Below are positions 22,901 to 37,000 of a stretch of DNA of 53,091 bases, one piece after another. The notes below the pieces were generated by a model. The model searched no databases, was not told the DNA's origin, and saw nothing but the letters and a program-made list of their open reading frames with translations. Every line of letters begins with the position of its first letter. The first letter of the stretch is position 1. Position numbers and translations under genes: made by a program. This DNA comes from Mesotaenium endlicherianum (Eukaryota), in the NCBI GenBank assembly GCA_009602735.1, contig WELA01001054.1, positions 100,853-153,943 of the forward strand, written 5' to 3'.

Positions 22901-25900
22901 ATCCAGCTCCTCGGACGTCTCTGACCCCCCATCCATCCCCTCCCCCCTTCCCTCCTCCAGTCTGTGAGAGGCACCAGTCTCCCACGTTCAGCTGCACACA
23001 AGTCCAGAGCTGCCGCCGCGTGCCAGATGTGCCAGAGAACCCGCAGGGAGGCAAACCAAGTCCCCCAAAGCTCGGGTGCCCCCATGATCACAAGCACGGC
23101 CACTTCCTTCCTGGGCTCCTCCGGCGCGCCATTGCCACCTGGTGGCACCAGGCCACATTATCCCCCCCCACCCCCCCTCTTCCCCTTTCCCCCTTTTCCC
23201 CTTCTTCTCTTCTCCTCCTTTTTCTCCCTTTTCTCCCCTAATTTCCCTCCCTCTGTCTCAGTCTTTCTGCTGTCCCTTTGCTCTCTGCGGACTTCTCCCG
23301 TCTCAGTGCCTCCCAGAGCGGGGGATGCCGCCCCAAGCCCTAAACCCCTGAGGGGCCACGATGCCCGCGACCTTTTTCGCTCGCTCTCCCAAGGCCTCTG
23401 CCCACCCCACCCCCAACCCTCGTCCGCGCCTGCTCCCGCCTCCTCCCTCCCAGCTCCAGATCCTTTCTGGGCAGAAGTGCACGCCTGCCACGGCTCGGCC
23501 CTCGCGTCGGCCCCGCTGCCCTCCGACTGACGACTCCCCCACGCACTGCCGGTGATGCTGCGGCAGAATCTGACGTGTTAGCCAGCACGCCGACTCCCAA
23601 TCACCGCCTCTTTTGCGCACATTCTCACCCCCATTCCTCTCCCATCCCAACCCCCACCTGTCTCCCAAACCCCAACCCCCCACNGTAGCCCTGCCTCTGA
23701 AAATCCCGGGTGTGTACTGTGAGCCCTCAGGCCATGCATAGAACGCATCTCTCTTGCTCCCTCTCTCTTCGCACAAATGTGTGTGTGTGTGTGTGCATGT
23801 GTGTGCGTGTGCGCGTGCATGTGTGTGCTTGTGTACGCATGGTGCGAGCGTGAGCGCGTGCGTGAGTGCGCGCTTGTGTGCATGTGCATATAGTGCTCTT
23901 TTGATACAAAAGATGTCTAAATTGTCAGGACTGGAAGGGGGATCGTTGCACGCGTTTCAGTGAACGAGGAGAGGGCGAGAAAAGAAACCTTGGCGTTCTT
24001 CTCAGCGCTGCTGAGCTTGTCCTTCTTGGATGCACTCATCGGCTGGGCACCAAGTGTCACATCCTCATCCACCGCTGCCGGCTTCGGCTCCTCCGCTGTG
24101 CTCTCCTTCACTTCCTCCACCTCCTCCACCTCCTTCTCCTCCTCGTCCTCGTCCTCGTCTGCCTTCTTCTTCGCCTTGCCCTTCTTCTCCTTCACTACCT
24201 TCTCCTTCACCACCTTCTCCTTCTTCTCCTCTACCACCTTTGCTTTGAGCTCCTTCTTTGCCTTCCCCTTGGGAGCTACAGCAGCAGCAGCCTTCACTTC
24301 CTCCTCCTCCTCCTCCTCCCCACCCTTCTCTTGGATGACAATCTCTTCAGCCTTCTCCATTGCCTCAGCCTTCTCCTCCGCCTTCTCCTCCTCCACCTTC
24401 CCCTTCGCTGTCTTGGCCTTCTTTCCCTTCGCGGCCGCTTTCTCCTCCTTCGCCTCCTTTGCCTTCCCCACCGCCGCCGCCTTGCGCTTCTTCCCCTTCA
24501 CCTCCGCCTCCTCCTCCTCCTCAGCCTCCACCTCTGCAGCAGCCGCTGCCTTCACCTCTGCAGCAGCCGGTTTCAATGGCTGCTCCACAATCGCCTTCTC
24601 AGCCGCCGCAATCACCGCAGCCTTCGCTGCCTTGTCGTCGGCGGCCGTCTGCTCCCGCGTGGCCCTCTTTACCTTGGGCTCTGCCTTCTTCTTCTCCTTC
24701 TTCTCCTTCTTGCCCGCCTTCTTGGCCTCCTCCTTCACCTCCTCTGCAGCAGGCACCTGTGCTGTGACCTCCTCCTCCTCCTCGCCCTCCTTCTCCCCAT
24801 CTACCTCCTTCTCCTTCACCTCCTCCTCCTCCTTCTGCTCCTTCACCTCCTCCTTCTCCTCCTCCTCCTTACCCTTCTTGCCCCTCTTCGCCTTCGCCGT
24901 TACGGCTTCCTTCTTCTTCTCAGGCTCAGGCTCCGAAGTCTCGCCATGTGCCGTCGAGCCATTGGCCGCGGGCGCATCTCTGTCTGCGCCCTTGGCCTTC
25001 TTGCCAGCTGGCGGCTCCTCAGCTGACGCCTTCCGCTTCTTATCCCCTCTGCCACCCATCACCACGCACCCCGTGACAGAAATAGGCTCAAGAGAGGCAC
25101 CCTCCATGCCCCTTCTCAAGCGAAAGCAGAAGCTTCCCTCCTTTTGACTCCTGTCCTCGCACCCAGGCGAACCGGCTCCCATGCAAACAACAAACCTTGC
25201 CACGTCCAGCGCGCAGCCCTCGACACCTCACAAATCCTAGGCCCCTATCTCAGACCTCTACCTTGTGCACCCTCGCTGCCATGCGCCTGCACACTGCTCG
25301 CACTTTTGTGGCTCACTTCACCACTCAAGCTCCAGCTCCCCTCCCGCCTGTGCAGCACATGCTCGTTTGTCTAGCAAGCTGTGTCCTGTTGATCTCACAA
25401 AGTACCCACTCCTATACGTACCATATGAGTGTATATGTATGTATTAACCTCACGAAGCAATGCTAGCAACAGGCCCCCAGCTCTCCCCCAGCTTTCCCCC
25501 AGCTCTCCTTCTCCTCCACCAGAACCAGCCTACTTCCACGTGGTGGGCTGGAGTCACCTCACATATCTCCCGCCCCGGAATTTTGAGCGCGACTGATTGA
25601 CCGAGCCCACGGGCAGACCGCAGACAAAGACAAGGGCACCGCGCCTCCCCAGACCCCTTTCACACTACGCGGGGGAGACCCGGTCGGGCCCGGGTGAGAG
25701 CTCATCTTGTGTTCGTGCAGAGAGTTAACACCAGTGGAAAAGAAAAGGCCGCCTTGGTGCGAAAGGAACCCAGCGACGCATACGCTACCCCTCGAAGAGT
25801 TCCACTCTCCGCCTGCAGGCTGCCATGCGTGTGCATGTATTTGACTCACTGTGCGTGCAGAGCATGCTTGCTCAACAATCTGCTGGAAGCTAGAGTCCCG

Positions 25901-27417
25901 GGTGAATTCTTGACGACCTCAGAGAAAGGGGTACATAGTGATTGGAACTTGATCTGTTCAGTCTGTTTAAGTCTCACACGTGCATGACAGATGCTCCTCC
26001 CGCGACGAAAAGGTCTGAGCCGGAGGGGCCTCAGCTTCCTCCCGGAAGTTTTGCACAGTCTTGGTGATCCTAATGTTTGCCTTGCCCTCCCCGGAACTAT
26101 GTAGGATGGAGTCATCAGATCTTGAGCAGACTGATGCAGCTAGGGTTGGTGCTTACTAGGCATAGCTTAGCTCACATTAGAAAGCATATAGAAACAAAAG
26201 CACAGTGCCAGCTTAAGGAAGCTGCAGCTGCATTTTCCGCTGCAGCTGCACCCTCAGGCTAAGTTGGGGCGCTCTCCCAGAAGTGCCAGACGAGAAAAGC
26301 CCCCCCTCCCTTGCGTAGCATGATACACTGTCTTGACTATCAGCACGAGGCACACCATTGAGAAATATTATCTCCCCTCCACCACTACCAGCCTGTGAGG
26401 ATTGGCTCATCTGTGGAGGCATGAACCTTCTTCACCTTCATTGCAAGAACATGCACGCACCTTCAGGCTTGAACTGCGTCTTTGAAGTATACAATTAAAA
26501 AATCCTCCAAACGGGCCCAAAGCTTCTCTGCAGTTCCCCAACTGCATCAGACTCCACTGCTGGTGTGTTGCCACATTCTATCTGCCACTTACTTCTCACT
26601 AGGCACTGCTTCAAGAGAGCCCAGTCATTCTCACTCATGCTTTTCTGAAACCCTCCCTCGGGCACAAACTGACCCGCCAGACAAAAAATCTCACTTTGAC
26701 TCATTTTCGAGGTTTTTTTTCTACAATGTGCTTTCTGAGAATGTGCTGCTTCAGTTGTGTCACGTAAGGATGCATGATACTGCTGGAAAAGATGCGCTTA
26801 CGCAGGCTTGTATGCAAGGTAGGTGGAGTAGACAGCGAGCAGATTATCGTCAGCCTTCTCCGCTTCCTCTCTCTCCTTCTGCAATTGCAGCAACATCAAA
26901 AGAGCTTTGCAGAATTGAGGGAACAAGCAAGTCCACTAAACAGTGCAGCGAAAGATGTTGATTTTCCTCATGTAACTTCAACCTGGGAATGATATCACGT
27001 CCGGCAGTGATCACTCGGTACGACCAATGACCACTGCATGCGACATATATCCCGCTAAAACCAACCTCCTGAAGGTTGAGAAGCTGCAGAGTAAGGAGGA
27101 AAGTTAAATGATGACACGGCCGACAGCATGCATGACTGACCAACAAGACGGTGATGTGGCGTTGCATACTGACGGTGAGCATAGCACGAATACAAACAGC
27201 TTGTATTATTACGCGGTGCACTACAATGGTTCCACCTTTCATAATCTCATGCATTGCTGAGATAAATCTTAATTAAACAGACGTGAGTAACGCTCACCAG
27301 CTTCGTCTCTGCCTTGAGGGCTTTCAAACTCTTCGACAATCCATGCTGCTTCAGAAAGTCAGCGACGAGATGCAGAACATCAGGATTAACGCTTATAGGC
27401 ACCTTAGCGGCCACCAT
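19917..27417 (-). CDS. SRP40: SRP40/Nopp140 (NOLC1-like) nucleolar and Cajal-body protein: LisH + charged low-complexity centre + SRP40_C domain
   Basis: Exons (minus): 27417-27298 (MVAAKVPISVNPDVLHLVADFLKQHGLSKSLKALKAETKL, LisH-like), 26878-26802 (KEREEAEKADDNLLAVYSTYLAYKP), 25048-23989 (K/E/A-rich), 22638-22594 (GGTAARAFQRVNPDE), 21969-21922 (WQVKDARLKDNSYWAK), 21121-21060 (GGADTGYGAKAQEVLGQVRGK), 20022-19917 (DFRHEKTKKKRGSYKGGPIDLQSHSIKFDNSDDE*). The last four exons spell the SRP40 C-terminal signature, and all phases are consistent. Confidence 0.96.
22290..22505. repeat. (CAC/CAT)n trinucleotide compound microsatellite in SRP40 intron
   Basis: caccaccacc...catcatcacc runs. Confidence 0.9.
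23777..23888. repeat. (TG/CG)n alternating purine-pyrimidine tract in SRP40 intron, (CA)n on the sense strand
   Basis: tgtgtgtgtg...gtgcgcgtgcat directly visible. Confidence 0.88.
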
Positions 27418-29546
27418 TGGAACGACGTAGAGTAAGCGACGATAAGTGATCCACTAGTAGGACAAACACGACCTTGTGGGCCGCTTTTAGCTCTCAGTTC
27501 CTGTATCGTGAGAGTGAGAAGCAGCTATAGCTGAAGCGATTCAAACGTCAAACGGCAGCTTGTCTTTCTTTCTGCCCTCCGGGAGTGCACAAGCTGAAAT
27601 TATTTGGAGGTTCGGGGTTTGCATAGAAAATATCGAGAAAAGAGTCATATAGAACGAAGCAAGCGGTGTGTCTTGGCAAGCCAGTAAAAGTATGCTAAGC
27701 GCCGTACGTGTTTTGCGCGCACAAGAGTGGTGGAGACAGCTACTTTCCAATCAGCTCCCAAGTTGTAGGTCCATTGTCAGAGCAGTTCGTTCTTACATGA
27801 GCCATAAAGAGCCACAAAAGGGCCACAGATGCTAGCTTCGCCAGTGCATATTGTAACTGATCTATAATTACACTGTATGAAGGTGCTTTTTTCTTAAGTA
27901 GTTAGTTCATGCATGCCACTAAACTCTCCACCAATGAGAGTCAAAGAAGGCCCGCAGCAAATTTTTGACCCAACTCAAGTTGAAAAGATGTCTACATACG
28001 TATTTGAGGGAACAAAATATGAAAACAGAAAGTACATATGTCTTTGTGTGCTCTTCAGTGTCGCGCTTACCACACAATATTTTGTACATTATAGCACAGG
28101 TTCAGCTATGATTATTCATAAGTGGTATATGCGTTTCATGATCAAGAAGGCGGCAAAATGCTGAATAAATGATTTTATTTAAAACAAAAATTAGTGCATG
28201 TCTTTCATGGTACATGCGTCACAAACTGTACGCATGACAAGTCTTTTCTTTCATAACGTAAAACACTTAGTTGGAGAATGTTAATGTCAGCAATTAAAGA
28301 GAACAGGGAGCGAGTGAATTGGTCCAACTTGTAAGATGTGTTACAATATGTATCCACTTCTGAATATGCCTCAGTCAAGGGCATGACAACAATCAAATGA
28401 TATTCTTGAAGTATTGAATTAGTGGAGTAAGAAAAAGTATAATGGAATCACACTGCTAGCCTTCAAGACTAGTTAAAATACGACTGAAATGGAGAAAACA
28501 ATAATCAAGAAGTAATATGTTCTCAAAGACGCAAAAAATCACAATCTTTCACATACGTATGGTTCCTTCTTATGATATTGACCCGTTGTAGAGGTGACAA
28601 CAAAGGACACTGTAGAGTTCTTTGTGCATTATTTGTACAAAATTTTAAATTACAGAAAACATCAATTTTCAAACGAATCTGGCACAATCGACGGCCTTCA
28701 CTATCTCCGTGTCAAAGCATTATACGATTCTTAGCAATATTATGAGCTTGTAACTCAACGTTGCACACTCAATTTATAAATGCAATGGTTCTCGCATACC
28801 CCAATTTTAAGCATAAGTTAACAATAATACATGCCATGAATTTGCGATGCTATTGTACATAAACAGAGGCCGGACTCGAATCCAAGAAAAAATTTCACTA
28901 AGAAATATATAAATGAGTACAAGTTGATATGGCATATCACTTCTTCCACACTCAATCAAGGCACATACCTCAACCCTCGCCGTTACTAACCCGTGAAGCA
29001 CATGTTATTTGGCCTCTGGGTACAATTCATGCAACATGTTTGTAAAACTGCTGTTTCCTTGAAAGTAATATACTAACAGCAAATATACAGCACAACCAGA
29101 AAATACAATATTTAAAACCAACAAAAAGATACAAAATTTGTGGTCTATGCTAAAGACGAAGAAACTCACGACATGCACAACAAGTGCCACGGAGCAGCAT
29201 TGCATATATAGTTGCACATGTGCCCTAGATAGATGCAATATACCTCAATGACATGTAAACAAAAGCAGGCCTGATAGTAATGTTGATCATTTTAGAATCA
29301 TGAATATCTACAACTTGAAGCGGCATCAATAGCCCCCCACAAGATTGTCTGCTGCTAACGTTTCAGCTTTCCACCAAAGAGGGGCATAGCAAGCGAGGCC
29401 CTGAGTAAACTGTCCTAAAGTGTTCACATCACCAAGTAGCCCATACTTCTCCAGCTCACATACACAAGCTTATTATATCGGGCTTATCCATATTAAATCC
29501 CACTACTCTGCTTAAATGGGCAGCTTCAGGGAAGAGGGGGGGGGGG

Positions 29547-29797
29547 NNNNNNNNNNNNNNNNNNNNNNNNNNNNNNNNNNNNNNNNNNNNNNNNNNNNNN
29601 NNNNNNNNNNNNNNNNNNNNNNNNNNNNNNNNNNNNNNNNNNNNNNNNNNNNNNNNNNNNNNNNNNNNNNNNNNNNNNNNNNNNNNNNNNNNNNNNNNNN
29701 NNNNNNNNNNNNNNNNNNNNNNNNNNNNNNNNNNNNNNNNNNNNNNNNNNNNNNNNNNNNNNNNNNNNNNNNNNNNNNNNNNNNNNNNNNNNNNNNN
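29547..29797. other. Assembly gap (N run) flanked by poly-G
   Basis: N run with G homopolymers on both sides. Confidence 0.99.
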
Positions 29798-30189
29798 GGG
29801 GGGGGGGGGGGGCAGCTTAAAAAGCAAATGAGAATTTAAGTCAATGATCACATCTAAACGGGCGCACGCGATGCCCCCCCTCCCTGGCTCATTTGCCAGA
29901 GAAGAATGAGGAAGTCACATCACAGTAAGCGTCAGTCTGAGGCTCTCCACACGACATCACTGGCCACGGCACATTTCAAGGCGTTCCTTAGGTTGCCCCC
30001 CTTTAGTCACCGAAGCATTGCACACGCCCAAGAGGGTTCCTGAGGCCTCATGATGCAAGCGTTCCCGGCAAAGCTACTCCGACACCAAGAAGGGCGCCCG
30101 CACAAGGGAGCAATGGCGCCGTGCCGCCCGTCGCTGCTACGGGAGCTTCAGACCAGGTCAGGCCAGGCATTCTTCTGGAGGTCGCACAT

Positions 30190-32303
30190 CTAGTTCACAA
30201 TGTGAGACGCGTAGCGCTTGGCCTTGTCGCCGGAGCGGTGCTCCCAGTACTCCACCCCCGCAGCTCCCAGCAGCGCGGCCAGCGTGAACGCCTGCGCGTG
30301 CAGCCTGCACCCCTCCTCACGGCCCTCCCACCACCGACGGTCAGCCTGCGCCCGCACTCTGCACTGCCGCACGGTCCACACTGCTGTTGTACCCAAAGCA
30401 TGCCCAGCATGCCAGGGAGCCTTGCAGGCTTGCACAGCGATTGGTGTCTTGGGAGTCGCTATTCTGCTCTATGACAGCTCTGTGGCTGCAGGGGCAGGAT
30501 GCACGACTGCCTCTTTTCCCGAGTGCGGCACAAACCCCGAGGTACCTCATGAGTGATCAACAGGCGCCAAAGGAGTGCCGAAAAAAAGAAGCGAATCTGA
30601 CACGGCTTCACGCACTCCGAGAGACAACACAGGCATCCAGGAACCCACCCAAGGGGCAGAGGTCCCAACAGATTGTACACAAGAGCTAGCTCCCGGTAGA
30701 AAAGTGCCATACGTAGAGGCCATATGAGAGGCCCACGGGATGGCTTAAAAACAGGAAAATGTGCTCCCCAAACATCTCCTACGACAGCTCCTCTATGAAA
30801 ACGCTACAACCCACGTATCCCCAGACATGCAGCGGTGACCCAAAAGAAAATGTACCCGCTGATGCCCAAAGGAGTGGGGGACAAGAGGACGAAGGCAAAC
30901 AGAAGCTGTGTGCTGCATACATGTGTGCAGACACGCACACATCACGCGTGCTTTGCCCATGTGACTTACACCCTCCGTGTGCCAAGAAGCGCAAAGAGCC
31001 CCTCCTGCTCTGAGCACAACCAAGCGCTCCCGCTGCCTTCCCTTCACAATCCATCGGGGGTGAATGATTGACAAAACGAACCCCGGCATGCATGTCAATC
31101 CATTTTACAAAATTTGCACCACGAGGTTGTAGTTACCCGACGTACACTTTAACACCATACCCCAGATTTCTACACCCACACAATCATTGGAAACCCCAAC
31201 AGGACCTGAACCCCCGGCTTCCATGTGCTATCTCCATGGCTCCATGCTAAACCTTCTAATGTCGTACATGCATTTCTTTTGTGACTAAGCTCTGTTACTA
31301 ACTCTTGTTACTGAAGATAGGCATGCATCTCCCTTGCTACTGAATTCCTTCGTTGCTGATTAATGTGATTGATAAGAAGCGGAGCTGCATACCGAGCGTG
31401 AATGAGCTTGACGCTGAACTTCTCGCCTGGCTTACGCATGTTGTACGCTAAGGAGGCAGCGATTCCTGACGCCCATAGCCCACCTGCAGATGCACGCTAG
31501 CCAGCATATTGGACACGCGTAGACTAATGTAACTAATCCGCACGTTTATATTATAAAATGAAATGAAGCAAAAAAAAACGGCCACCTACACAGTCCCAAA
31601 TAATACATTCATCATACCAGTCTCACAAGATAGCGGAATTTGTTCGGACTGAAGTGCATGCTCGACAGTACATGTCACGGAGTAGCATGGGTAGAAATGG
31701 TCGAATAAGGATAAGGTCCACAGTCATTTGGGTAAATTTAAAGTCGGGCCTCCTTCGTCTGCCTTGGCACTCACTGATGTATACCATTTGAGCAACTTAT
31801 TCAAACCCTATGAATTACCTACACTACGTTATATTTTTTGCCTCATACAGTCGCAAGTACAAGGTCACGCTCGGCTCCTTGAAAGTACCCTGCCTAACAG
31901 GAGAGTAATTCTCAGGATGAGGACCAGTGTTATCTCGATCGCTTTCGAGAATACCTCTTTCTCACAAAGAACAATTGTTTCAATCCCCAAGGATATCTAA
32001 AGGCAATGTGATCACTGGTAAAAACTAATGTTCCCATCTGCTACTTACGAGTGGCCCCATAAGAAGTTACTGTAAAAGGACCATAAGTAATGTTTGTCAG
32101 GGAAAAAGTAGTCATGATCCGTTTGTCTTTGTGAATTCCAAGAAATCACGCCTTAAATCGTATCAAAGAAACACTGCAATGAAGACAACAATGAACTTTC
32201 TGCTCTCAATCAACGTACCAACGGCTTTAAGCTTGTTGCGTTCGAGCCAGCTCCGCACGTCTGTTTCACTACCAGCATTAGAAGGTGCTTGAGTGTCGGT
32301 CAT
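30190..32303 (-). CDS. HIG1-domain (hypoxia-induced gene 1 family) membrane protein, 96 aa
   Basis: Exons 32303-32219 (MTDTQAPSNAGSETDVRSWLERNKLKAV), 31483-31393 (GGLWASGIAASLAYNMRKPGEKFSVKLIHAR) and 30304-30190 (LHAQAFTLAALLGAAGVEYWEHRSGDKAKRYASHIVN*). The KLxAVGxLW...SVKxIHARLHAQAxTL pattern is the plant HIG1 signature, and splice phases 1 and 2 match. Confidence 0.95.
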
Positions 32304-34009
32304 CCTCAAATAAGTGGGATCAACAAGGTTTACTTTAACTAAAAGCTGCTTCCTATCTCTACAGTACACCTTAATCCAGACGTGCAAATGCGGGACTTGG
32401 GGTGACGAGAGATATTTGGATTTGCTCCGTTAGTGCAAAACGGCTATGGTGTTTGCAGAAGAAACAGTGCAGATCGTAGACAAAGAATGAGAATTGATCG
32501 CAAGGAAGTCTGTAGAGTACTATCTAGGAGAAGGCCAATAAACATACAAGAACAGATGCCAAATAATGGAGATACGTATGCACTCCTTTATATTGGCAGC
32601 ACGACAAAGCACGACGTTGAGATTGGTTGAGATGGAGGAATTGCTGGGCTGGTGCCGGGGACCGGCACAGGCAGGCGGCACAGGCGAGAAGACACGAGGC
32701 AACTTTCGGCCTCACGTAAGCAGTGCTCAGCAGCGCCTCCAAATATTCAGGCATGCAAGAGAAAGGAGCACGCGTATGATCCCAAAATCGCAATATTGTT
32801 GAAAATAGTGGTCAATATAGTAGGACGGTACCCATATATAATGGCACGAGAGCAGCACAAAGAAGTTGCCGGCTTGTTCACGCGGCTTGGCAGCCGGCTA
32901 AAAGCAGTGCAGTGCTGGCACTTCCTGTCGTCGTCACGGGCTTCCAAGTTCCTCCGCCATCCACTTCCTCTTCGTCGTACCTGATTACATTGGCGTCATG
33001 TGCAGTGACGCATGATCACCTTCTGACGGTCCGAGGCTGGTCCGAGGGTCTGCAGGCTCGGACGTTGACCTCATGTCCACGTCACGTGCCTCCCCGCGTC
33101 GGACCTTCATCTCCATCAATCTCCATTCATCTCTGTCAATCTCTGTTCCTAACACGCTCTCTCGCCTGTCTCTCGCCCATTGACCATGCAGTGACCACTA
33201 TTTTTTTAGTGGTCAACGTAGAGCTCTATGTACTTGAGATTTTTGATTTCTGCTAGTTCGCAGCCTACATGTTTCTGCCCAAGGACATGGCTATCAATCC
33301 TACCTGTCATTGCTTTTAATTTGCGAATGTAGTCCATATTGTACATACCAACCAGCCCAGCTTCAAGGCAAGCATATTCCCACCTTGGTCCAGGTTGTGA
33401 GCAGTTTTTACTTGTATAAATTGCACCAGTAATGTGCCAAATAAGCAGTAAATGCCAAGGGGCAGACAAACCTTTAAAAATTGAAACAATGGTAACGTTT
33501 GTATGTTGTCGATGTGAAAGCATATTTGCTGGCTTAATAAGCATAAAATTTTCATTAGTCGTTTCGCTGATGACCCGGCTAACTTGTCGACCAACGATGT
33601 CAATAATCCCAACTCCAGCCAAACAATTCATCCAGCCAACCGAGCTTGACATGGAAACTAACCATCACGTAACTTGACGTCACTGGAGGATATGTCATTG
33701 TGATAGGTGTGTTAATGAAATGTCAAAACTTTTACCAACTGCAACGCTTATGAAGGCCCTAACAGAAGAGGACACTCTTTTGTCATACACCTATTGTGGA
33801 ACTACAAGTGCATAAGAAACTTATTCTAGCACTAGTGCCAGTATCCTTAAAATCTGACATAATTGGCACCTAAGTTGCTAAGAAGATGATCTACCTTAAA
33901 AAGAAACGAGAGCTTTGCCACCAAAGAGGCAGGAGTGTAAACCGTGGCAAGATGGCAAACCTTGCCCCGTTTTTCACCGGCATCAAGTGCTCCCTCATAC
34001 AATACAGGC

Positions 34010-37000
34010 TCAACCAAAGGGATTGCCTGCAGAAGCGGGGCCACTTGACGAAGGAGCATCGAAGAAGGTGTCCTTTTTCTGGCTTGTTCCGAAAAAGTCT
34101 AGTGAGTCGAAAGATTGCGACAAGACTGCCGGATTAAATTGGTCGAAGGAAGAGGCCGCCGAGGCCGGTTGATTTGCGCCAAAGCCACCACCCCCACCAA
34201 AAGGCCCGCTGCTGCTTACTGCTGGAGGAGAGAAACTGCCACCAGCACTGTGTCTGCACAGGGTACACGAGGCAGGTATGGGCCCAATACACGTGATTTA
34301 CCAGAAGCAAGAGGAAACAAGCCCATGGATGCCACCCGGTAATTTCAAGCGCATGAACTTCACAAGAGCACGACACATTATCTGCGTGCACTGGTGTTCG
34401 CAAGAGGCAAGCCTACTCGCAAGGGGTGGCTCTCTACTGCTACCTTAAATTCCAAGAATCAGTGCCGCCACTTCATTAAGTTCTCTCAACGACACAATAT
34501 AGCAACTTGAAAAGAGGGACCAGGATTGCTTGGACAGAAGAAGAGCAGAAGAGGAGGCTGCTTACGACTTAGACCCCAAGCCAGCAGCTTGCTGAGGCAC
34601 TCCACCAGGGGCCCCTGCAAGCATCAAGAGCGCACCCAGCAGGGAGCGTCAACCTCACCCCTTGTCTCAAGGGCTCCCAAGAAGCATTGAACAGACTCTA
34701 AACAGACTCTAGTTTCACGTCTATGCATTCGGCACTCTCCGGACTGGTGAAGCCACAAGAAGGTGCTCACATATACAGACAGAGAGAGAGAGTGAGAGTG
34801 AGAGGGGGAGAGAGAGAGTGTGAGAGTGTGTGTGTGTGAGAGAGAGAGAGCGAGAGAGAGAGAGAGAGACACGCTTCTCATCTTGCTGGTTAGCAATCTA
34901 CACCAGTACCTGACTTCAGGTAGTGGGCAAGCTACATTTTCGAGTGTTTTTCTGTCACGCGGCGGCCAGCGCAACCGGTATTCCAAATTAAGAAGAGCTA
35001 CATCACACCCATTCACAACAGCACATGCACGCTCGGAGGTGGCACACCGTGAAGCCCTCTTCAGGCCCCCTCCCTGCTTTTCCTCCCCCCNCCATTTTCA
35101 AGTGCATTGTCGCCCTTCTTTCCAGTTTCAGTTGAGGGGGCAGCGCCCCTTCCAGTCCCGGCCCAAAAACAACTCCCAACTAGCCCGCATAGTGAAGGGG
35201 CAGAAGCACCACCTGCAGGAGGGGGGTAAGAGGCAGGCCCTGCTTGCGGCTGCGCAAACGGCGCGCCAGCGAACAAGTCTGGCCCCTGACTGGGCATATG
35301 GTGGGGCATCGACATAGGCCCGGCTGGGAGGGGGCCGGGCATTGCTGTCTGGAGAGAGCCCATGTTTGGAAACGACTGCTGCACACAGAGCAAGCACGCA
35401 CAGAACAAGTCAGCAGGCAAGCCAGCTTCCACATATCCCCCCCCCCTCCCCCCCCCCCACAAAAAAAGAAAACCCACTAAACCCATCCCCCACCAATTCA
35501 CCCTCTTTGTCCCCATTACTATCCCAACTCCTTCTCAGCCTTGCCTGCACCTAGCACGTTCTCAGACAGGGTGACCCCGTCAAGGGTGACCCCGTCCAGT
35601 GGTTGGTCCTGGAAATCATTCATAAGCATGGTCCTGGAGATCATTCATGAACATGGGAGAAAATACACAAGCTCCATGCAGGCCTCCATAGGAAGGGAGA
35701 GAAGCCTAACAGCAGTCGGGGACGGCTCGTCGTCGTCAAAGGGGTTCCTCGACTTGGGCGGCTGTGCATACGCGGGCATTCCTCCCTGTATGACCGCACA
35801 CAGACATGCAATCAATACGTCGTCGTCAATGTAGAAAGCCATGCAAGGGGTCCCTACGGGGATCCCCAAGCACCCGCCAACTTGCATGACATGTGCGCAG
35901 CCCGGAGCTTGACCCTGTTCTGATATGCACGTGCATGCAGCGCGAGTGACAGAGAGCGCCAGAGGCAGGCCAGCCAGAGACACAGGACGAGGCTGCTCCG
36001 CAACCAAGACGAAGCACGTGTGCGTATCGATGACGCGCGCGCACAAGGACGCTCCGCCAGCTGGCTGAGGAGCGGCGCGGGAAGGCACACTAGATGGCTT
36101 TCACTCCCCAGGCTGGACCAGTAAGATGGAACAAGGTGATGAATCAGAGGACCAGGGACAGCACGGGTGAGAGGATGGAGCGGCACTGACAGGTGGCGCG
36201 GCGGAATACTGGTACTGCGGCGGAGCTGCCGCTCCATAGCCACCTGGCTGCGCCCCATAGGGCGCCTGGGGTGGAGGGGGGGGGGCAGCATAGCCTCCCA
36301 GGGGGGCAATGTAGGCAGGAGGAGCCTGCTGCCTGGGAGGAGCTGTTGGTCCAAAACCTTCCGCAAAAAAGTCCTGGCGCACAGAAAGAAAACAAGATGT
36401 TCAGGATGGGCACAATTCTGGGTTACAATCGCGACACGTTCAGGAGCTGGCCTGGCATGCTCCCACGGGGAGGACTGTTGCAACCTCCTCACTCGCTGCA
36501 AGCTGTCCACTTTCTTCCAAGAGAACCAAAGTTCGGACAAAAGCACGGCGGCAGGTGCAATTGATGACTGGGACAACTGCAGCCCGTCACTACAAGTGCC
36601 TCTGACGAGAACCAAGTCCAACGTGAGGACAAAAGCTATCCAGCCTACCCCCCAAGTCCATCATGCGCAAGATGAGGCCCCTTCCTGTTGAGTACTACGA
36701 AGTGCAGCAGCTACAGCAGCTTCAGCAGCCACCACAGATTAACGCGTGCTAAGATTATCTCTCAGGAGCCTAAGAGACGCCCCCCCGATTTTTTTGCTTT
36801 GCCAGCAGTCTGGAGGCACAGCAGCCAGCAGCCTCAATGGTTGCAACGCAGGCGTTTGAAATTCTTGCAATGCTCTCCAGCTTATAGGCACGCACATTGC
36901 GCTTGTGGCCAATCACAGAGAGGACACGAGACAGACCAGAAAGAGAGCACACAAAGCCTCACCAAAGGGATCTCCCGCCGCACAGCTGGCGCCGCAGGAG

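Noticed and set aside
23058..23570. Candidate extra SRP40 exons (ILPQHHR...; GGNGAPEEPRKE...)
   Set aside because: Exon 3 splices in phase directly to 22638, and these segments have no family-like content.
23960..25147. 395-aa + strand Ser/Phe-rich ORF
   Set aside because: Antisense mirror of the GAG/AAG/GCN codons of SRP40 exon 3; no independent evidence.
27477..27482. Site II-like TGGGCC upstream of SRP40
   Set aside because: Single hexamer with no accompanying telo-box; may lie in the 5' UTR.
31188..31255. tRNA- or SINE-like A/B-box-resembling sequence on the minus strand (GGTTCAGGTCC) in a HIG1 intron
   Set aside because: The B box is degenerate, no convincing cloverleaf forms, and no tail or target-site duplication is visible.
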